Program-made: the position numbers and the translations under genes
IMG/VR virus record: IMGVR_UViG_3300033075_000275
Location: 15,873 to 79,872 of that record
Strand: one strand, 5' to 3'
DNA: 64,000 bases
From: a virus
Taxonomy: Duplodnaviria; Caudoviricetes
Shown here: one piece after another, positions 62,490-64,000 of the stretch
How positions within the stretch are numbered: the first letter of the stretch is position 1
Layout of the letters: every line of letters begins with the position of its first letter
Notes under the pieces: model-generated
What the model was told of the DNA's origin: nothing
What the model saw: the letters and a program-made list of their open reading frames with translations, nothing else
Databases searched by the model: none

Positions 62490-63220
62490 CTAAACGGTCT
62501 TGCGTTCCTTTTTCTTCGGAGGCCTTCCCCGTCTTTTGGGGGCCGGGTTATTATGACACGGACAGGAACAAGTGGCGCATGATATCTTTTCCACACAGGC
62601 CCCATGATAGCCGTCCAGGCACCATCCAAATTTCGTTGTTGTGACGAAAAGAGTGGTTGTGTGATCTTCTTTTTTACGAGCCACGGCGCTTACGGTCGAT
62701 GTACGTGTATCTAAGGAACCATCCTGGTAGCATTGAGTCCCAGCGCATAGACTCTAACATGTAGATTCCAAGAGCGGGGAGTTTTGCGTCGGGGCGAGAT
62801 ATCTGCTCTGCCTCTTCGGTAGTCATATCAAATATCAAGTCCTTGGTATGACTCACCTTCCGCACAGAGCCGTCTCTACGTCCGCCAGTAAAATATGCTA
62901 TATTAGTCACGGGATTCTCCAATAGGAGCGTGCCAGCGCGTGCCGCACGCCAAACATTCCATATCTGTCATGTAGAGGGCTACTTCTCCCTCGTCAAAAG
63001 CCACCAATAGTTTAAACCAAGTGTTACCACATGTACATTCATCTGTTATTACTGTGCGATGATCCTCTGCCTCACTATAATCGGTTTCAACATCCAGCCA
63101 TGATTGGAGCGGTCCTTCAATTTCTACATCCTCAAAGATTTCTGCTATTTGCTCTTCGATTGACAAGACTGGCTTATCAAACAATGATAACTGTCCATCT
63201 AATTCTTCTGACATACTCAC
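62490..63220 (-). CDS. Three small hypothetical genes (62490-62684 Cys/His with AT-hook-like KRRGRPPK tail; 62674-62922; 62903-63220 acidic Zn ribbon)
   Basis: Coupled ORFs from track; CTCG..CLACG in the last. Confidence 0.6.
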
Positions 63221-63228
63221 CCCTTACG

Positions 63229-63295
63229 TGCCACTACCGGGAGTCGAACCCGAAACTGCAAGCCTCGGATGCTCGCGCTGTTCCTTACTAGCGGC
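63229..63295 (-). tRNA. tRNA-Arg(CCG), reduced D arm
   Basis: CGAGC-ATCCGAG-GCTTG, CGGG-TTCGACT-CCCG; only 67 nt. Confidence 0.7.
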
Positions 63296-63299
63296 TGAG

Positions 63300-63372
63300 T
63301 GCGGGCGGTGGGATTCGAACCCACACTGATCAGATTTTAAGTCTGTTGCCTCTGCCATTGGGCTACGTCCGC
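63300..63372 (-). tRNA. tRNA-Leu(TAA), short variable loop
   Basis: CAGA-CTTAAAA-TCTG, GTGGG-TTCGAAT-CCCAC. Confidence 0.9.
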
Positions 63373-63563
63373 TCATCGAAGAAATCGTTTTGTACGTCCC
63401 ATCCCTGGGCCAGCAGTATAACGAAATACTCATGCCCATGGTGGCTACAAAAGTATAGCATGGAGTCTCCGCGCGTGGCAATGACACGCGCCTGTGCATT
63501 ACACTTGTCACAGCGATCATGCGCTGTCAGTGTAACCGGCTCAAACTTTTGTAGCGTTTCCAT
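63363..63563 (-). CDS. Small Zn-binding protein
   Basis: DRCDKC.A.A...L.FC.HH; GGAGG RBS; stop falls in tRNA 5' end. Confidence 0.7.
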   Translation of the reverse strand: METLQKFEPVTLTAHDRCDKCNAQARVIATRGDSMLYFCSHHGHEYFVILLAQGWDVQNDFFDERT

Positions 63564-63586
63564 TGTTCCTCCATTATATCAAACAA

Positions 63587-63610
63587 GCGTGGGGTCTGAC
63601 GACCCCACGC
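63587..63610. terminator. Hairpin GCGTGGGGTC/GACCCCACGC
   Basis: Perfect 10-bp stem after 63618-63776 ORF. Confidence 0.75.
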
Positions 63611-63617
63611 CTGCTAT

Positions 63618-63776
63618 TATTGGGCCTCGGTGTCGCCCTGGGGAACGCGCGTGTCGTAGTCCACGAATTCACGATTCCTACGATCTGCTTCGCGTCCATT
63701 CCAGCCACGAACCTTGCGGTCATTTTGAACCTGACCCCATTCACGACTCCAACGGCCTGCTGCTGCCTCTGCCATG
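63618..63776 (-). CDS. Small charged protein
   Basis: MAEAAAGRWSREWGQVQNDRKVRGWNGRE...; AGGAGG RBS; TGcTATAAT promoter near 63810. Confidence 0.6.
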
Positions 63777-63842
63777 ATAACCTCCTAATTGTAGAATTCT
63801 ACCATAGCATTATAGCAGATTGTGTGTTAAATTTCATAATGA

Positions 63843-63911
63843 GTCCCACACCAGGGAGTCGAACCCTGAGATTGAAACTTAGGAGGTTTCATCTGATCCT
63901 TTCGTGCGGGT
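63843..63911 (-). tRNA. tRNA-Arg(CCT), reduced D arm
   Basis: GAAAC-CTCCTAA-GTTTC, CAGGG-TTCGACT-CCCTG. Confidence 0.72.
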
Positions 63912-64000
63912 TGTGCATAGGGCACCTGGGTCCATCGGTCAACAGTTAGCAAGACTGTTTTTCAGGGCACCGCCCCTCAACCTATCCTCGGCTATGCTTT

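Noticed and set aside
1-64000. Alternative genetic code, prophage state, DGR or retron
   Set aside because: Genes are intact in code 11; no integrase, att site, host genes or reverse transcriptase seen in this window

Overview
The whole window is part of a large tailed dsDNA phage genome (siphovirus). An Actinobacterial host is inferred from WhiB x2, Lsr2-like proteins, ThyX, class II RNR, a tmRNA tag ending ALAA and frequent leaderless genes; the gene order recalls Streptomyces BE/BK-type phages, but that assignment is from memory and not from a search. Layout: (1) 1-30.4 kb, minus strand: tail, tape measure, head, portal, tail-fibre module, two cell-wall hydrolases, NrdJ, glycosyltransferase. 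(2) 30.5-35 kb, plus strand: transglycosylase, HNHs, intein-split ThyX, macro domain. (3) 35-49.3 kb, plus strand: an early-type region divided into modules by a ~115-bp repeated element (10 full copies, 2 degenerate, 1 inverted). Each full copy has a covarying hairpin, a CGGGCGCCCG palindrome, a second covarying hairpin, TGTCAA, TTACGA, usually a CRP-like GTG-N8-CAC box, and a -35/17/-10 promoter. The modules carry small putative host-takeover genes, six tRNAs and a stand-alone structured ncRNA candidate, and the region is flanked by helically phased repeat arrays that may mark terminal-repeat ends. (4) 49.4-64 kb, minus strand: accessory genes, a GC-rich island of genes sharing boundary repeats, TrmH, DNA cytosine methyltransferase, a compact 262-nt tmRNA and four more tRNAs. 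The best candidate for an undescribed system is the repeat-delimited cassette array with its CRP-like boxes and resident ncRNA. All family assignments come from motif recognition by eye. No database search, folding program or GC calculation was run, apart from the few 60-nt hand counts quoted.
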